A stretch of DNA of 64,000 bases. Origin: a virus. The notes under the pieces are model-generated. The model did no database searches. It saw nothing but the letters and a program-made list of their open reading frames with translations, and was not told the DNA's origin. The stretch lies in IMG/VR virus record IMGVR_UViG_3300045283_000116, positions 20,693-84,692 of that record. One strand, written 5' to 3'. Numbering within the stretch: the stretch's first letter is position 1; each line of letters opens with the position of its first letter. A program made the position numbers and the translations under genes. Positions 10,001 through 19,600 of the stretch are shown here, in pieces.

Positions 10001-12091
10001 GCGCAGGGCAAGGTCGGAGACCTCTACTTCAAGGTCACGACCGGAGTCGGGAATTGGGTCAGGGACCAGCTCGGGCTTTTCAACCAGGCCAAGCAGGACC
10101 GGGAGAACACGGAGGCGCTCGCGTCGGAGCTTGCGCATCAGAGGCTCGCTCAGGGCACCGGCATCACGCGCACCGACCGACAGTCGCTCATCGACGAGCA
10201 GTTGAGGAACCTCCCCGACTGGTATCGCAGCAACCCGGCGGTCCAGCGGCAGGCCGCTCAGGTGGCCGACCGGGAGATAGCGGCAGCCAAACGACGCGGG
10301 GCCGCGGGGCAGGGCACGCTCCTGACGACGAACCAGATCGACCGGGGGCTCAGGCAGCGACTCGCCGACGCCACGAGCGACAAGGAACGCTTCGACGCCT
10401 ACGACAAGGCGTCGAGCGACTTGAGCAACTCCTACGCCACGATCTTCGGCGGGAGGCAGGCCAAGGCGGCGTCGGCTGCCGAGCGGTCCAAGGTCGTCGC
10501 AGGCCGGGCGCTCCTGTCCGCCCAGACGGGCGACTGGACCGCGCTCCAGAAGGCACTTGCGGACGGCTCGATCTCCCTCGACGGCTACGCCCAGGCGATC
10601 ACCGACACGATCGCCCAGACGGGCGTCACGGGCGTCACGGTCAAGAGGGCGCAGTACGGGATCGAGCAGGCCCTCACGAACCTCGGCAAGGCGGCGTTGC
10701 TGGGTCCCGCGGGTCAGGGCGACGCGACGAAAGCGCTCAAGCAGATCAAGGACATCCAGGACTCGATCACCGGACCTGCCCAGCAGAACTTCCAGACCGC
10801 GTTGTCTCTCGCGCAGACCCCGCAGCAGGACGAGGCGGCTCGCCAGACCTACCTGGATCAGGCCCCCCGCTTCATCATGGGGGTCTTCAACAGGAGGATT
10901 CGCGCCGCGCTGGCCGACATCGCGCGACTCCAGCTTCTCCCTCGCACGACCGCCAATCTGCAAGCGCTCCGCGAGGACAGGTCGACCCTCGCGCAGACCC
11001 GCCAGCAGAGGGGCCTGTACCAGCCGACGTTCGACGCGACGGTCCTACAACAGAGCCAGCAGCATCTCGAGCAGAGCGTCTTCCCGCTGATCGACTCGAG
11101 GGCCGCGCTCGCCGAGGCCAGAACCTCAGACCCGACCGAGAAGATGCGGATCGCGCTGGAGGCAATCAACCACAAGATCCGCGACATGGTGAAGGCGCAC
11201 CTGACGCACACCAAGGAGTTCATCGACCTCCAGACCGCGGCCGCCACGGCGTTGCAGAACGTCGCCGACAACGCCGTGCAGCAGTACGACGACCAGGCCG
11301 CGGTCGCCGACTCGGCCGCGGGGATCGGAGCGACCCAGGCCCAGAAGCTCACGACGGCGCTCAACCGCTCGATCGACCGGCTCGCATTCCTGCGCAGCCA
11401 CCACGCCTCCGCACACGACATCTCCCAGCAGATCGTCGCGGTCAACAACAACCGCGCGGCGTGGCAGGACTACCTGACCGGCCAGGCCCAGGCGTACGTC
11501 CGGGCGTCGGCCAATCTCGCGGCGAGCGGCACCACAGACCCGGTGAAGCTCGCAGATATCAACTTGAGGCGCGACATCCAGTTGAGCAAGTACGCGCAGA
11601 CCCCGGCCGAGAAGATCGACGCGCTCGCCACGGTCCGTAGCGACCGGCAAGCTCGGCGTCAGGCGGGCTGGCAGGACCGGCTGGACACGATCAACTTCAA
11701 CCTCGACATGGGCCGGATCAGCAAGGACATCGCCGCCACGGAGATCGAGGCGCTGGCCCGGAGGGTCAAGAACAACAAGGCGTACAAGAACCAGCTCCTG
11801 CTGCAAGCGCACGAGCTCCGCGCGTCCCAGGCTGACGCCAGCAACTACGAGCTCAACGTCGGCAACATCAAGTTCCCGACCGCGTACGAGGTCATGCGCG
11901 GCATCGGGCAGGCCAACAAGGCTTCGTCGCGGACGCTGAGCACCGGCAACGTTCATGCGACTGCAAACGCAACTATCAACGTCAACGTGGCGAACAGGGG
12001 CGACGTGGGCGCGGTCTCCGACGCGATCGACACGGTTCTGTCGACTCACGTCCGATCCACGCTGCGGGCGAAGGGAGTGCTTGGCGGATGA
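7070..12091 (+). CDS. tape measure protein
   Basis: 1673 aa Ala/Gln-rich helical protein directly after the chaperone. Confidence 0.9.
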   Translation: MADRSINPETNVKLDKLESTVSRLDTRLGQEAQIARENAAKVERAATRRAAAAERGTAPAAGPTEKATIDEATLSTERLVKAQADALAAARQRLAVEQEEGRVLAANAATISAQAERVRAAARQESPLLQAATRVQRLNDPALIQARAEQEAAIAARGRAYSSQKLLGPGPQPTPQLLLGAGPQPPPQRLLTAGEDLSKVAKGYGDMEHAQAAAETQTARSTQTTSLFSRELRELDAQLEYEARAYNLAADAAARHGLLTSETIGYMARGQVTARQFGAEILGTIGKFAGWTAAASLTFGAVRALGLLGKGAVDAASGVGLVSRVLNNVDSSKLQQSFRDLSAQFNVPIEDTVQAVYGSAKVFNDQADAVQGATVALYAMKVGELTAAQSTQYLNAIVNGFKLTAADLLPVLDSVNNVQNRFGGNQGQLIAGVAKAAGAFRLAGGNFRDLIALIETGTKLTGASGENVGTAISRAASRQLTPQGAAALRSVGITPGGGFMDTLTQAVKLAKDASPEQVNALARALVPSGGQFARFFIPIIQNPQLLRRIQGAAGEDQAQGSAARELRHALGQVNEQISAIGHGIERLGSAFASAGGLGGVGLLVRVLNQGLTMTTSLVEEISKIPGIKVALPFLELYGIVRALKFFNLGGSLPGAQPGSLRGGIQGLVTASPERIQNREILKDFESERNQLSGEAQNAARASRLAASRAKNLAIAAEQMAVGTEEQEAAVERANVAFRKSTEAALLSAQKAEEFQALNEREGIYRSLQRGGMAPIPAITAAGGRFGTGTLEHGAGGVPVEYARSLDAAAVADHRAAVEAEASARTRATAAADVVAAEEVAGARRVAVVREGVTTISEIEAVGMAAVATRWEVGMERITAATVAGFGVMGAAVRVGRAVPGAVRTGLGARIGGPVEALFVAGITSKAIYDHYDNYAKQEKSFSDAANAGTVNLEKTVTQGKAIQKQNEVTATGLLSDVAQGKVGDLYFKVTTGVGNWVRDQLGLFNQAKQDRENTEALASELAHQRLAQGTGITRTDRQSLIDEQLRNLPDWYRSNPAVQRQAAQVADREIAAAKRRGAAGQGTLLTTNQIDRGLRQRLADATSDKERFDAYDKASSDLSNSYATIFGGRQAKAASAAERSKVVAGRALLSAQTGDWTALQKALADGSISLDGYAQAITDTIAQTGVTGVTVKRAQYGIEQALTNLGKAALLGPAGQGDATKALKQIKDIQDSITGPAQQNFQTALSLAQTPQQDEAARQTYLDQAPRFIMGVFNRRIRAALADIARLQLLPRTTANLQALREDRSTLAQTRQQRGLYQPTFDATVLQQSQQHLEQSVFPLIDSRAALAEARTSDPTEKMRIALEAINHKIRDMVKAHLTHTKEFIDLQTAAATALQNVADNAVQQYDDQAAVADSAAGIGATQAQKLTTALNRSIDRLAFLRSHHASAHDISQQIVAVNNNRAAWQDYLTGQAQAYVRASANLAASGTTDPVKLADINLRRDIQLSKYAQTPAEKIDALATVRSDRQARRQAGWQDRLDTINFNLDMGRISKDIAATEIEALARRVKNNKAYKNQLLLQAHELRASQADASNYELNVGNIKFPTAYEVMRGIGQANKASSRTLSTGNVHATANATINVNVANRGDVGAVSDAIDTVLSTHVRSTLRAKGVLGG

Positions 12092-12531
12092 CCGTGGTGC
12101 ACAACGTCTTCACGAACCCGGCGACCGGCGACCAGTTCACGTGGCCGATCAACCACGACACCGAGGACATGGGCGGGCGCTCGCGGCAGATCACCTACAG
12201 CGGCAACACGAAGCAGGTCGGCCTGGTCCGCCAGCAGGGCGACAGTATCCCGATGCAGTTCAAGTACAGCGGAACGTTTTTCGATCAGGCGTCAATCCAG
12301 CGCATGTTCGACTTCTACAACCTCGGCCGCAGCCAGACGATCTACTTCACGGACTTCTCCGGGGCGATGTACGAAGTGCTCATCACGGAGTTCACGCCGG
12401 TCCGCAAGCGCACGGTGCGCAACAGCCGGGACTTCGCGCACGCCCCGACGTGGTACTGGACCTACACGATCACGATGGACGTGGTCACCGTTCTCGCTGG
12501 CTACCTGCTGGGCCACGTCGTCGACGCATGA
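12088..12531 (+). CDS. distal tail / minor tail protein
   Basis: 147 aa, ATGA overlap after the tape measure. Confidence 0.6.
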   Translation: MTVVHNVFTNPATGDQFTWPINHDTEDMGGRSRQITYSGNTKQVGLVRQQGDSIPMQFKYSGTFFDQASIQRMFDFYNLGRSQTIYFTDFSGAMYEVLITEFTPVRKRTVRNSRDFAHAPTWYWTYTITMDVVTVLAGYLLGHVVDA

Positions 12532-14924
12532 GCCCTCGTCCACTCGGCGCACGCGGTGTCAAGGACGTACCGAAGCTCCGCGCCGCGCAGTTCCTCCAGC
12601 CGCCGAGCGCGGAGGCGGGTCCGGAGGGCAGCACCGGCTCTCGCGGCACAGCACCGATCGACACGATCAACCACTTCGCCGGGATCGGCTTCGACACGGT
12701 CAGCAACCAGGTCTACGGGACCTGCTGCCCCACGGGTATCGGCAACTTGATCCGCCTGACCTCGGGCTACTACACCGACCGGCAGATCCAGCCGTCGTCC
12801 GATGATGTCTACGACCTGTACCGGCGCGCGGGCAATCCGGGCTTCGTGCCGGGCGTGTCGGTCCAGGACGGCCCGGACGACCAGGGGTGCTATATCCAGG
12901 ACGCCCTCGACGAGGTCCGCATCAACGGGATGGGGGCGGGCAAGTACGGCCGGGTCTACGCCCTCGCGCACGCCACGGTCGACCACACGAATGAGGCGGA
13001 GCTCAAGCAGGCCATGCAGATTTTCGGCGGCCTGCTCTACCAGACGGAGATTTCGGCGGCCCAGGACGCGGCCTACGAGGTCGTCTACGCGGAGGCCACG
13101 GCCGGAATCCCGGTCGACCTCAAGGACCCTGACACGTGGTGGGACGGGTTCTCGGGGGAGGACCGTGGCGCTCATGTGACGGTGGCCGGAGCCTACGAGC
13201 CGACCGAGATGCAGGACATCATCACCTGGGGCTATCGCATCCCGACGACCCGCAACTACCGGCAGGTCAATGCGGGGCGTCTCCAGGAGGTCTGGATCGT
13301 CATCTGGCCGTGGACGCTGGAGCACCCGAACTTCCAGGAGGGCGTCGACTACGACGCGCTCCAGACCGCCTACCACGCCCTGACGGGCGGCAACCTGCCG
13401 CCGCAGCCGACCCCGACCTCGATCGCGGGGCGCTGGAAGTCCGGCAAGCACGTCGGGGCTGCCAAGCCGCGCGCGAATGTGATGGTCCGCCGCGGCCATT
13501 ACCACCGCCGCTACTCGGCCGACGGCGTGTGGCAGGCCGTCTGGGTCGCGGACTCCGACTGGATGGTCATCCCGAACATCACGCAGATCACGCTCGAGTC
13601 GAGCTTCGACAGCAACGGCGTGACGGTGGCGACCGTCCAGATGGACAACGTCGGCTACATCAATGCCGTGGGCGCTCTCGGCGATCCGTTCCACAAGATC
13701 GAGCGCGGCTGGTTCTCGCCGCTGCGGGCGTACAAGGCTCCGGGCCGTCCGAGCCTCTTTCACGAGCCGAACGAGTGGGACCGGCTGCTCACCGACTCGG
13801 TGGAGATCCACATCTCGCAGGGCTACGGGGACCAGATCGTCCCGACCTTCTCCGGGCTCATCGACTCGGCCACCGTCGGCGACCTGCCCGACCAGATCAC
13901 GCTGTCATGTCGCGACTTCGGTCTGAACCTCGTCGACAGCAAGCTGTTCGGCTGGAACATCGACCCCGACAAGCGTGATCCGGTGACGTTCTACGACCGC
14001 GGTCAGGTCCAGCAGCGCCTCGACTCCAAGGTCAAGGCCACGCGGGACGAGGGGGCTCTCCAGCAGAAGAAGGGCGTCCTCATCGACGACCTGTCCGACA
14101 TGGTGAAGATCGCCTGCCGATGGGGCGGCTGGAACGTCAACAACATGCGCATCGACCCGACCGGAAACCTCGGGCCGCACGGACTCAAGGCACAGGGAAT
14201 CGTGTTCGACGTGCAGAGCACGCTCATGGACATCATCAAGAAGGCGTGCGATCTGACCGGCTTCATCTTCTACATCGAGCCCGCGAGCGGCGCGCATCCC
14301 AACGGCCGCCCGGTGTTCAAGCAGTCCGAGGCCGCGGGCCAGAACCCGCCGATCTTCACGGAGATCCGCGACGACCAACTCCTGACTGGAGTCCAGTACC
14401 AGACGGACAACACGCAGAAGGCGAGCATCATCCGGGTCCGCGGCAAGCTCCCGAAGAACGGTCGCGGGGGTCTCAAGCTCGGCGGCGACCAGACCCTCGG
14501 GATCACCGGGCTCTACCGCCCGCCGTGGCACAAGACCATCTACCTGACGGGGACCGACCGCGACGCGCGCGTCCTGCGCCACGAGATCCACCAGGAGCCG
14601 CTGTTCACCACGCAGCACGAATGCGACCTGGCCGCTCAGTTGATCGCCTTCCGGCAGGCCCTCGCTGCCACCACGGCCACCGTCGAGATCCCGGCCTACC
14701 CGTACTTCTACCTCGACCGGGTCCTGACGCTCATGGATCGTCCGTCCGGGATCAATTCCCGCATGTGGCTGGCGCACATCACGAGCACGCAGACGTTGGG
14801 TCAGAACGGCACCTACAAGATGTCGCTCGGCGTGGCGCTGCTCGACAACCCGGACGTGTCGGAGGTCGTCAAGGATCTGATCGTCACGTGGGCCGAGCCG
14901 AACCTCGGGATTACGGGGTGGTGA
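12528..14924 (+). CDS. tail tip/hub protein with an N-terminal papain-like peptidase domain
   Basis: 798 aa from ATG 12528; NQVYGTCC, GAHVTVAGAY and ITWG motifs, then a hub-like beta region. Confidence 0.6.
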   Translation: MSPRPLGARGVKDVPKLRAAQFLQPPSAEAGPEGSTGSRGTAPIDTINHFAGIGFDTVSNQVYGTCCPTGIGNLIRLTSGYYTDRQIQPSSDDVYDLYRRAGNPGFVPGVSVQDGPDDQGCYIQDALDEVRINGMGAGKYGRVYALAHATVDHTNEAELKQAMQIFGGLLYQTEISAAQDAAYEVVYAEATAGIPVDLKDPDTWWDGFSGEDRGAHVTVAGAYEPTEMQDIITWGYRIPTTRNYRQVNAGRLQEVWIVIWPWTLEHPNFQEGVDYDALQTAYHALTGGNLPPQPTPTSIAGRWKSGKHVGAAKPRANVMVRRGHYHRRYSADGVWQAVWVADSDWMVIPNITQITLESSFDSNGVTVATVQMDNVGYINAVGALGDPFHKIERGWFSPLRAYKAPGRPSLFHEPNEWDRLLTDSVEIHISQGYGDQIVPTFSGLIDSATVGDLPDQITLSCRDFGLNLVDSKLFGWNIDPDKRDPVTFYDRGQVQQRLDSKVKATRDEGALQQKKGVLIDDLSDMVKIACRWGGWNVNNMRIDPTGNLGPHGLKAQGIVFDVQSTLMDIIKKACDLTGFIFYIEPASGAHPNGRPVFKQSEAAGQNPPIFTEIRDDQLLTGVQYQTDNTQKASIIRVRGKLPKNGRGGLKLGGDQTLGITGLYRPPWHKTIYLTGTDRDARVLRHEIHQEPLFTTQHECDLAAQLIAFRQALAATTATVEIPAYPYFYLDRVLTLMDRPSGINSRMWLAHITSTQTLGQNGTYKMSLGVALLDNPDVSEVVKDLIVTWAEPNLGITGW

Positions 14925-15451
14925 TGAGCGACCAGGCCACATCCGTCCCGACCCATGCGCTTCACCGTTCGATCGGGACGCTGGCGCACGGTATCGCCCA
15001 GGAGATCCTCAATACCGAGCGCAGTCGGCAGTGGGGCGCGCTGCGCGAGTGCGTGGAGCAATTCCAGATTTCAGTCTCGGGAACCGCCTCGGACTACCCC
15101 GGCTGGCTGGAGCTCGAGCTCAAGTTCACGCAGCACTTCGTGACGGTGACCGGCAACCGGATGTCCGATCTCGAGCGGCCGCACTTCTACTACGGCTTCG
15201 AGCTTGTCACCGGCCAGTCCCAGAACGCGATCGTGATCGAGAACACGCCGGGCGGCGTGACCCGCTCGGACCCGGTGATGTTCTGCGCCGTCGTCACCGA
15301 ATGGGTCATCAGCGACGCCTCGATGGTGACCGGAGCCAAGCTCAAGCTCGGTGCCATCGCGCCGGGGGACACGGTCGTCTTCGACGGCTTCGTGCACGTC
15401 TCGTTCCAGGGGCTCGGGGCGACCTACCAAGACGAGGACACCCAGGAGTAG
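14924..15451 (+). CDS. minor tail protein
   Basis: 175 aa, translationally coupled, in the tail module. Confidence 0.55.
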   Translation: MSDQATSVPTHALHRSIGTLAHGIAQEILNTERSRQWGALRECVEQFQISVSGTASDYPGWLELELKFTQHFVTVTGNRMSDLERPHFYYGFELVTGQSQNAIVIENTPGGVTRSDPVMFCAVVTEWVISDASMVTGAKLKLGAIAPGDTVVFDGFVHVSFQGLGATYQDEDTQE

Positions 15452-15453
15452 AC

Positions 15454-16677
15454 ATGGAGCAGACGATCTTCGCCGGACTGTCGACGCTGGAACCGGGCGA
15501 CGCCCTGTACGACAACGGCGCGGCGTTCACGGACCGCAACATCCGCACGATCGACAGCCTGCTCCAGCTCGGGACGGTCACGCACGTCCACGACGCCCAC
15601 GCACCGCTTCCTGCGCCTACCGTCGCACCTTCGGTCGTGGCGAACGCGACGGGCGGCCAGATCCCGGCGAACACCACGGTCTACTTCGGGCTGACCGCGG
15701 TGGATGCCTACGGCGGCGAGACGAACATCGGGCCGCTCGGCAGCGCTGCGACGCCGGGGGGCTTCGGGACGCCGACGATCGCCCCGTCCGCGGTTGCGAG
15801 CTACAGCGGCGGCAACCTGCCGATCGCGCAGTATTACTACGCCGTCACGCTCGCCGACGGGATGGGCGGCGAGACGGAGACCGGGCCGTACACGAGCCTG
15901 TCGCGCGACCCCGGCTACGCCAGCGGCCAGATCATCCTCAGCGGCCTGACGACGATTCTGCACTCGGAGGCGCTGGCGACCGGCTGGCGCGTCTACCGGT
16001 CCGTCAACGGCGGGCAGTTCGCCTTCCTCGCCTCGGGTGCGGCGGGGCAGGACACGGTCACCGACGACGGGAACCTGTGCGCCGACTGCACGCAAGCGCC
16101 GCCCACGGTGAGCACCACCGCCTCGACGGCGTCGATCGCGGTCACCGTGCCTCCGCTGGGCTCCGGGGCGTCCTCGTGGAGGCTGTACGGCGGGGTGTCG
16201 CCACCGTTCGGCTCGCCGTCGCTGGTCGGCACGGGCCTGGGCTCGGGTGGTGTCGGGTTCACCGTGACCACGTTGGGATTCCAGTCGGGATCTCCGCCGC
16301 CGGTCAGCCTGTCGAAGCCGGGCGCGAACAAGATCAACCCGGCGACCGACATGCTCCCCGCGGCGTCGGGTGCGATCACGCTGGGCGCTGGCTGCTCGGC
16401 GTATGGCACCGGCTATGCCGCGCCTCGAGTCTCACGAATGGCGCAGGATCTCCGGGTTCTGGAGGGCGTCGTCGCCGGACCGGGGACGGCCGGGAGCACG
16501 CTGGTGACCCTTGCCCCCGCGGATCGCCCGACTGCAATCCACGCTTTCAGCGTCGCGTCGCTCACTACGCCACGCAGCCAGGTCGGTGTCGACGTGATGC
16601 CGGACGGCCGAGTGGTGCTCGTCAACGCTGCGACCGCGGCCGTGTCCCTCGACGGGATCGCGTTCAGGGTGACGTAG
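15454..16677 (+). CDS. minor tail protein, paralogous to the tail fibre N-terminus
   Basis: 407 aa; MEQTIFAGL...FTDRNIRTID aligns with MDQTPFAGL...[10 protein letters not shown] of the next gene. Confidence 0.7.
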   Translation: MEQTIFAGLSTLEPGDALYDNGAAFTDRNIRTIDSLLQLGTVTHVHDAHAPLPAPTVAPSVVANATGGQIPANTTVYFGLTAVDAYGGETNIGPLGSAATPGGFGTPTIAPSAVASYSGGNLPIAQYYYAVTLADGMGGETETGPYTSLSRDPGYASGQIILSGLTTILHSEALATGWRVYRSVNGGQFAFLASGAAGQDTVTDDGNLCADCTQAPPTVSTTASTASIAVTVPPLGSGASSWRLYGGVSPPFGSPSLVGTGLGSGGVGFTVTTLGFQSGSPPPVSLSKPGANKINPATDMLPAASGAITLGAGCSAYGTGYAAPRVSRMAQDLRVLEGVVAGPGTAGSTLVTLAPADRPTAIHAFSVASLTTPRSQVGVDVMPDGRVVLVNAATAAVSLDGIAFRVT

Positions 16678-19600
16678 ATGGATCAGACGCCGTTCGCGGG
16701 CCTGACTGTTCTCCAGCGCGGGGATGCGCTGGCAGTCGGCACTCCGTTCACGGACCGCGACGTGCGTACCGTCGACCACTACCTGCGCGTTGGCGCGATC
16801 GACCATCGCCACGACGCGCACCCGGCGCTCGCCAACCCGCAGGTCGCGCCGGGCGTGACCGTCGACCCGAGCGCGGGCCAGCTCACCCCGGACACGACGT
16901 ACTACGTGGGCTTCACGCTGCTGGACAGCTTCCAGGGTGAGACCGCAGTCTCCCCTTTGGGGTCGGGGGCCACGCCGCCCGGCCTGACGGACCCGACCGA
17001 GGCTCCGGTGGCGTCCGCTGTCTACACGGGCGGGACGCTCACGCCCGCCACGTACTACTACACGGTCACGCTCATGGACGAGTTCGGCGGCGAGACGCTG
17101 CCGAGCCCTGTCGCGCAGGTGAGCGTCGACTACGGCCACGCCTCGGCGACGGTGCTCATCAGCGGCTTGCTCGCCGTCAACGACGGCAACCCGGTGCGCC
17201 TGTATCGCTCGACGAACGGCGGCACCTACGACTACGTGGACTCGATCGCCTCGGATGTCGACTCGTACGTCGACGACGGCGCGGAGTGCATCGACTGCGG
17301 AATCGGGACTCCAGTCGTGAACAACACCATGAGCATCTCGAGGCTCCTGGTGACCGTGCCGTCGGCGGCGGTGGCAAGCGCGGCGGGGTTCGGGCTGTAC
17401 TGCTCGGACGCGCCGGATCTGGCGACCCCCGCGTTCATTGGCTTCCTCCCGGCCGCGAGCGCGGGGGTCCCGATCCAGATCGACAGCCCGTTGTTCGCCC
17501 CCGGCGAGCCGCCTCCTGTGTCGATGTCGACGCCGGGGGCGAACAAGATCGACCCGGACACGGAGTTGATCGACTGGCACTGGCTGCGGCCGGTGGACAC
17601 GTGGGCGTCGCTTGGCGAGGGCGTCAACGGCGATGTGCGCATGGCGATGGACACGAAGTTCATCTGGACGCCGAGCGGCTCGGGTGCCGTGGTGGCCGAC
17701 GACTGGATGCGCGTGCCGGGGACCACCGGCATGAACGGCGTCGGCGTCATCGACGGCAACGGCCACGCTGCATCCGGCTCGGCGATCGAGTTCACCGCCT
17801 CCGGCAACGTCCACGTCGCGGTGTCGCAGGGCGTCGGCGGCTCGGCACAGGTGCTCATCGGCAGCGCGGACCCGACGCTGTACGACGGCGACGAGCTCGA
17901 CTGGCTGTACGGCACCCCGAGCGCTCCGGGCACTGAGCTCGCGCACATCAAGGCGACCTCGTCCGGCGCGGAGTGGACCCAGGTCACCGAGCTCACCGGG
18001 GTCAGCCAGGACACGTCGGGATTCCAGTCGTTCGCTCTGGACGCGGCGCACACCAGCGACTACGCGATCGCCGAGTACGACGCCTCGGCGCGGCCGGGCT
18101 CCGTCCACGGCATCGGCTTCCAGGACCCGTCCGGCAACGTGCTGTGCCTCACCTACTACAGCGGCTACGCCCTGTTCGACGGCCCGCCGTTCGTCGGCGG
18201 AAGCCAGATCCACGCGTTCTCGTCGCCGCCGTCGACGACCGGATGGATTGTCCTCTCGCGGCTCGGCAGCACGATCCGCCTCGAGCATTGGACCGGCGAT
18301 CCGGCCGGGGGCGGAACCGTCGACTACAGCCAGGACTACGTCCTTACCGGCACGCTGGCGACGCACTTCGGCGGGGGCGCATCCTGCTTCCCGATCTATT
18401 GGGGCACGGGCGCGACGTACACCGCGGACATCCTGCGCGCGAGCCGCGGCGTGACGCTGAAGGCGCTGCTCGCAAGCGTCGACGGGAGTCCCGAGAAGGC
18501 CCTGATGCGCGACGACGGGACCTCGGACTTCCAGATCACGCTCGGCGGCTACGACCGCATCCAGTCGCTCGAGATCGTCGGCGCGGGCGGCACCACCGTG
18601 GACACGGTTGCCACGGTTGGCGGCAGCGCACGGGTGACGGTGACCGGTGCGATGGGCGGCAGCGGTGCGTCCGGCGCTCCGGGTCCTCCCGGTCCGACCG
18701 GCGCTACCGGCCCTGTTGGTCCGACCGGCGCGACCGGTGACCCCGGCGCTACCGGTCCGCCCGGCGCGACCGGCCCGACTGGCGCGACGGGTCCGGTCGG
18801 TCCCGCTGGCCCAACGGGTCCCGCTGGCGTGACCGGGCCGGTCGGGGCTACCGGGCCGCAAGGCATACAGGGCGTGCAAGGCGTCATCGGACCTACCGGT
18901 GCGACCGGGCCTGCCGGAACAGCGGGCGTCGTCGGCGCGACCGGCCCGACCGGAGCCACGGGTCCGACCGGTGCGACCGGACCTACCGGGGCCACCGGAC
19001 CTGCGGGTACCGCGGGCGCGATCGGCGCGACCGGGCCGGTCGGCGCAACTGGACCGACTGGAGTCACAGGTCCGGCCGGGGTCGCCGGTCCGACCGGCGC
19101 GACAGGTCCGGCTGGCACGGCTGGCGCTGTTGGCGCGACGGGACCGACCGGCCCGCAAGGCACCGCGGGCACCACTGGCGCGACCGGCGCGACAGGACCG
19201 ACCGGCGCGACCGGACCGACCGGCGCGACCGGACCGACCGGCGCGACCGGACCGACCGGCGCGACCGGACCGACCGGCGCGACCGGACCCATTGGGGCCA
19301 CCGGACCCACTGGACCCATTGGCACCAGTGGCGGCCGGACGTTCTGGCTTGACTATCAGGACAAGTCGGCCGTAACCCCGACCTACGGAACGGTGGTGGA
19401 GGCCCCGAGTCTGAAGACGCAGACCGCGCTCAGCCTGACCCTGTCGGGAACCTCCAACACTTTCGCCGCGGGCTTCATCTCACCCGATGGAGTTCCTGGG
19501 ACCGCGGTGTATCCACCCGAAACCGGAATCCTCCGGGACATCTACGGCATCGTGACGACTCCCGGTGCCTTCGCGACGATCACGGTCTACGTCGCCGTGC

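Noticed and set aside
7763-10963. Long antisense ORFs (also 3160-5499, 16432-19158, 29308-31299, 55848-57542)
   Set aside because: Shadow frames expected opposite real genes in high-GC DNA; no motifs or RBS
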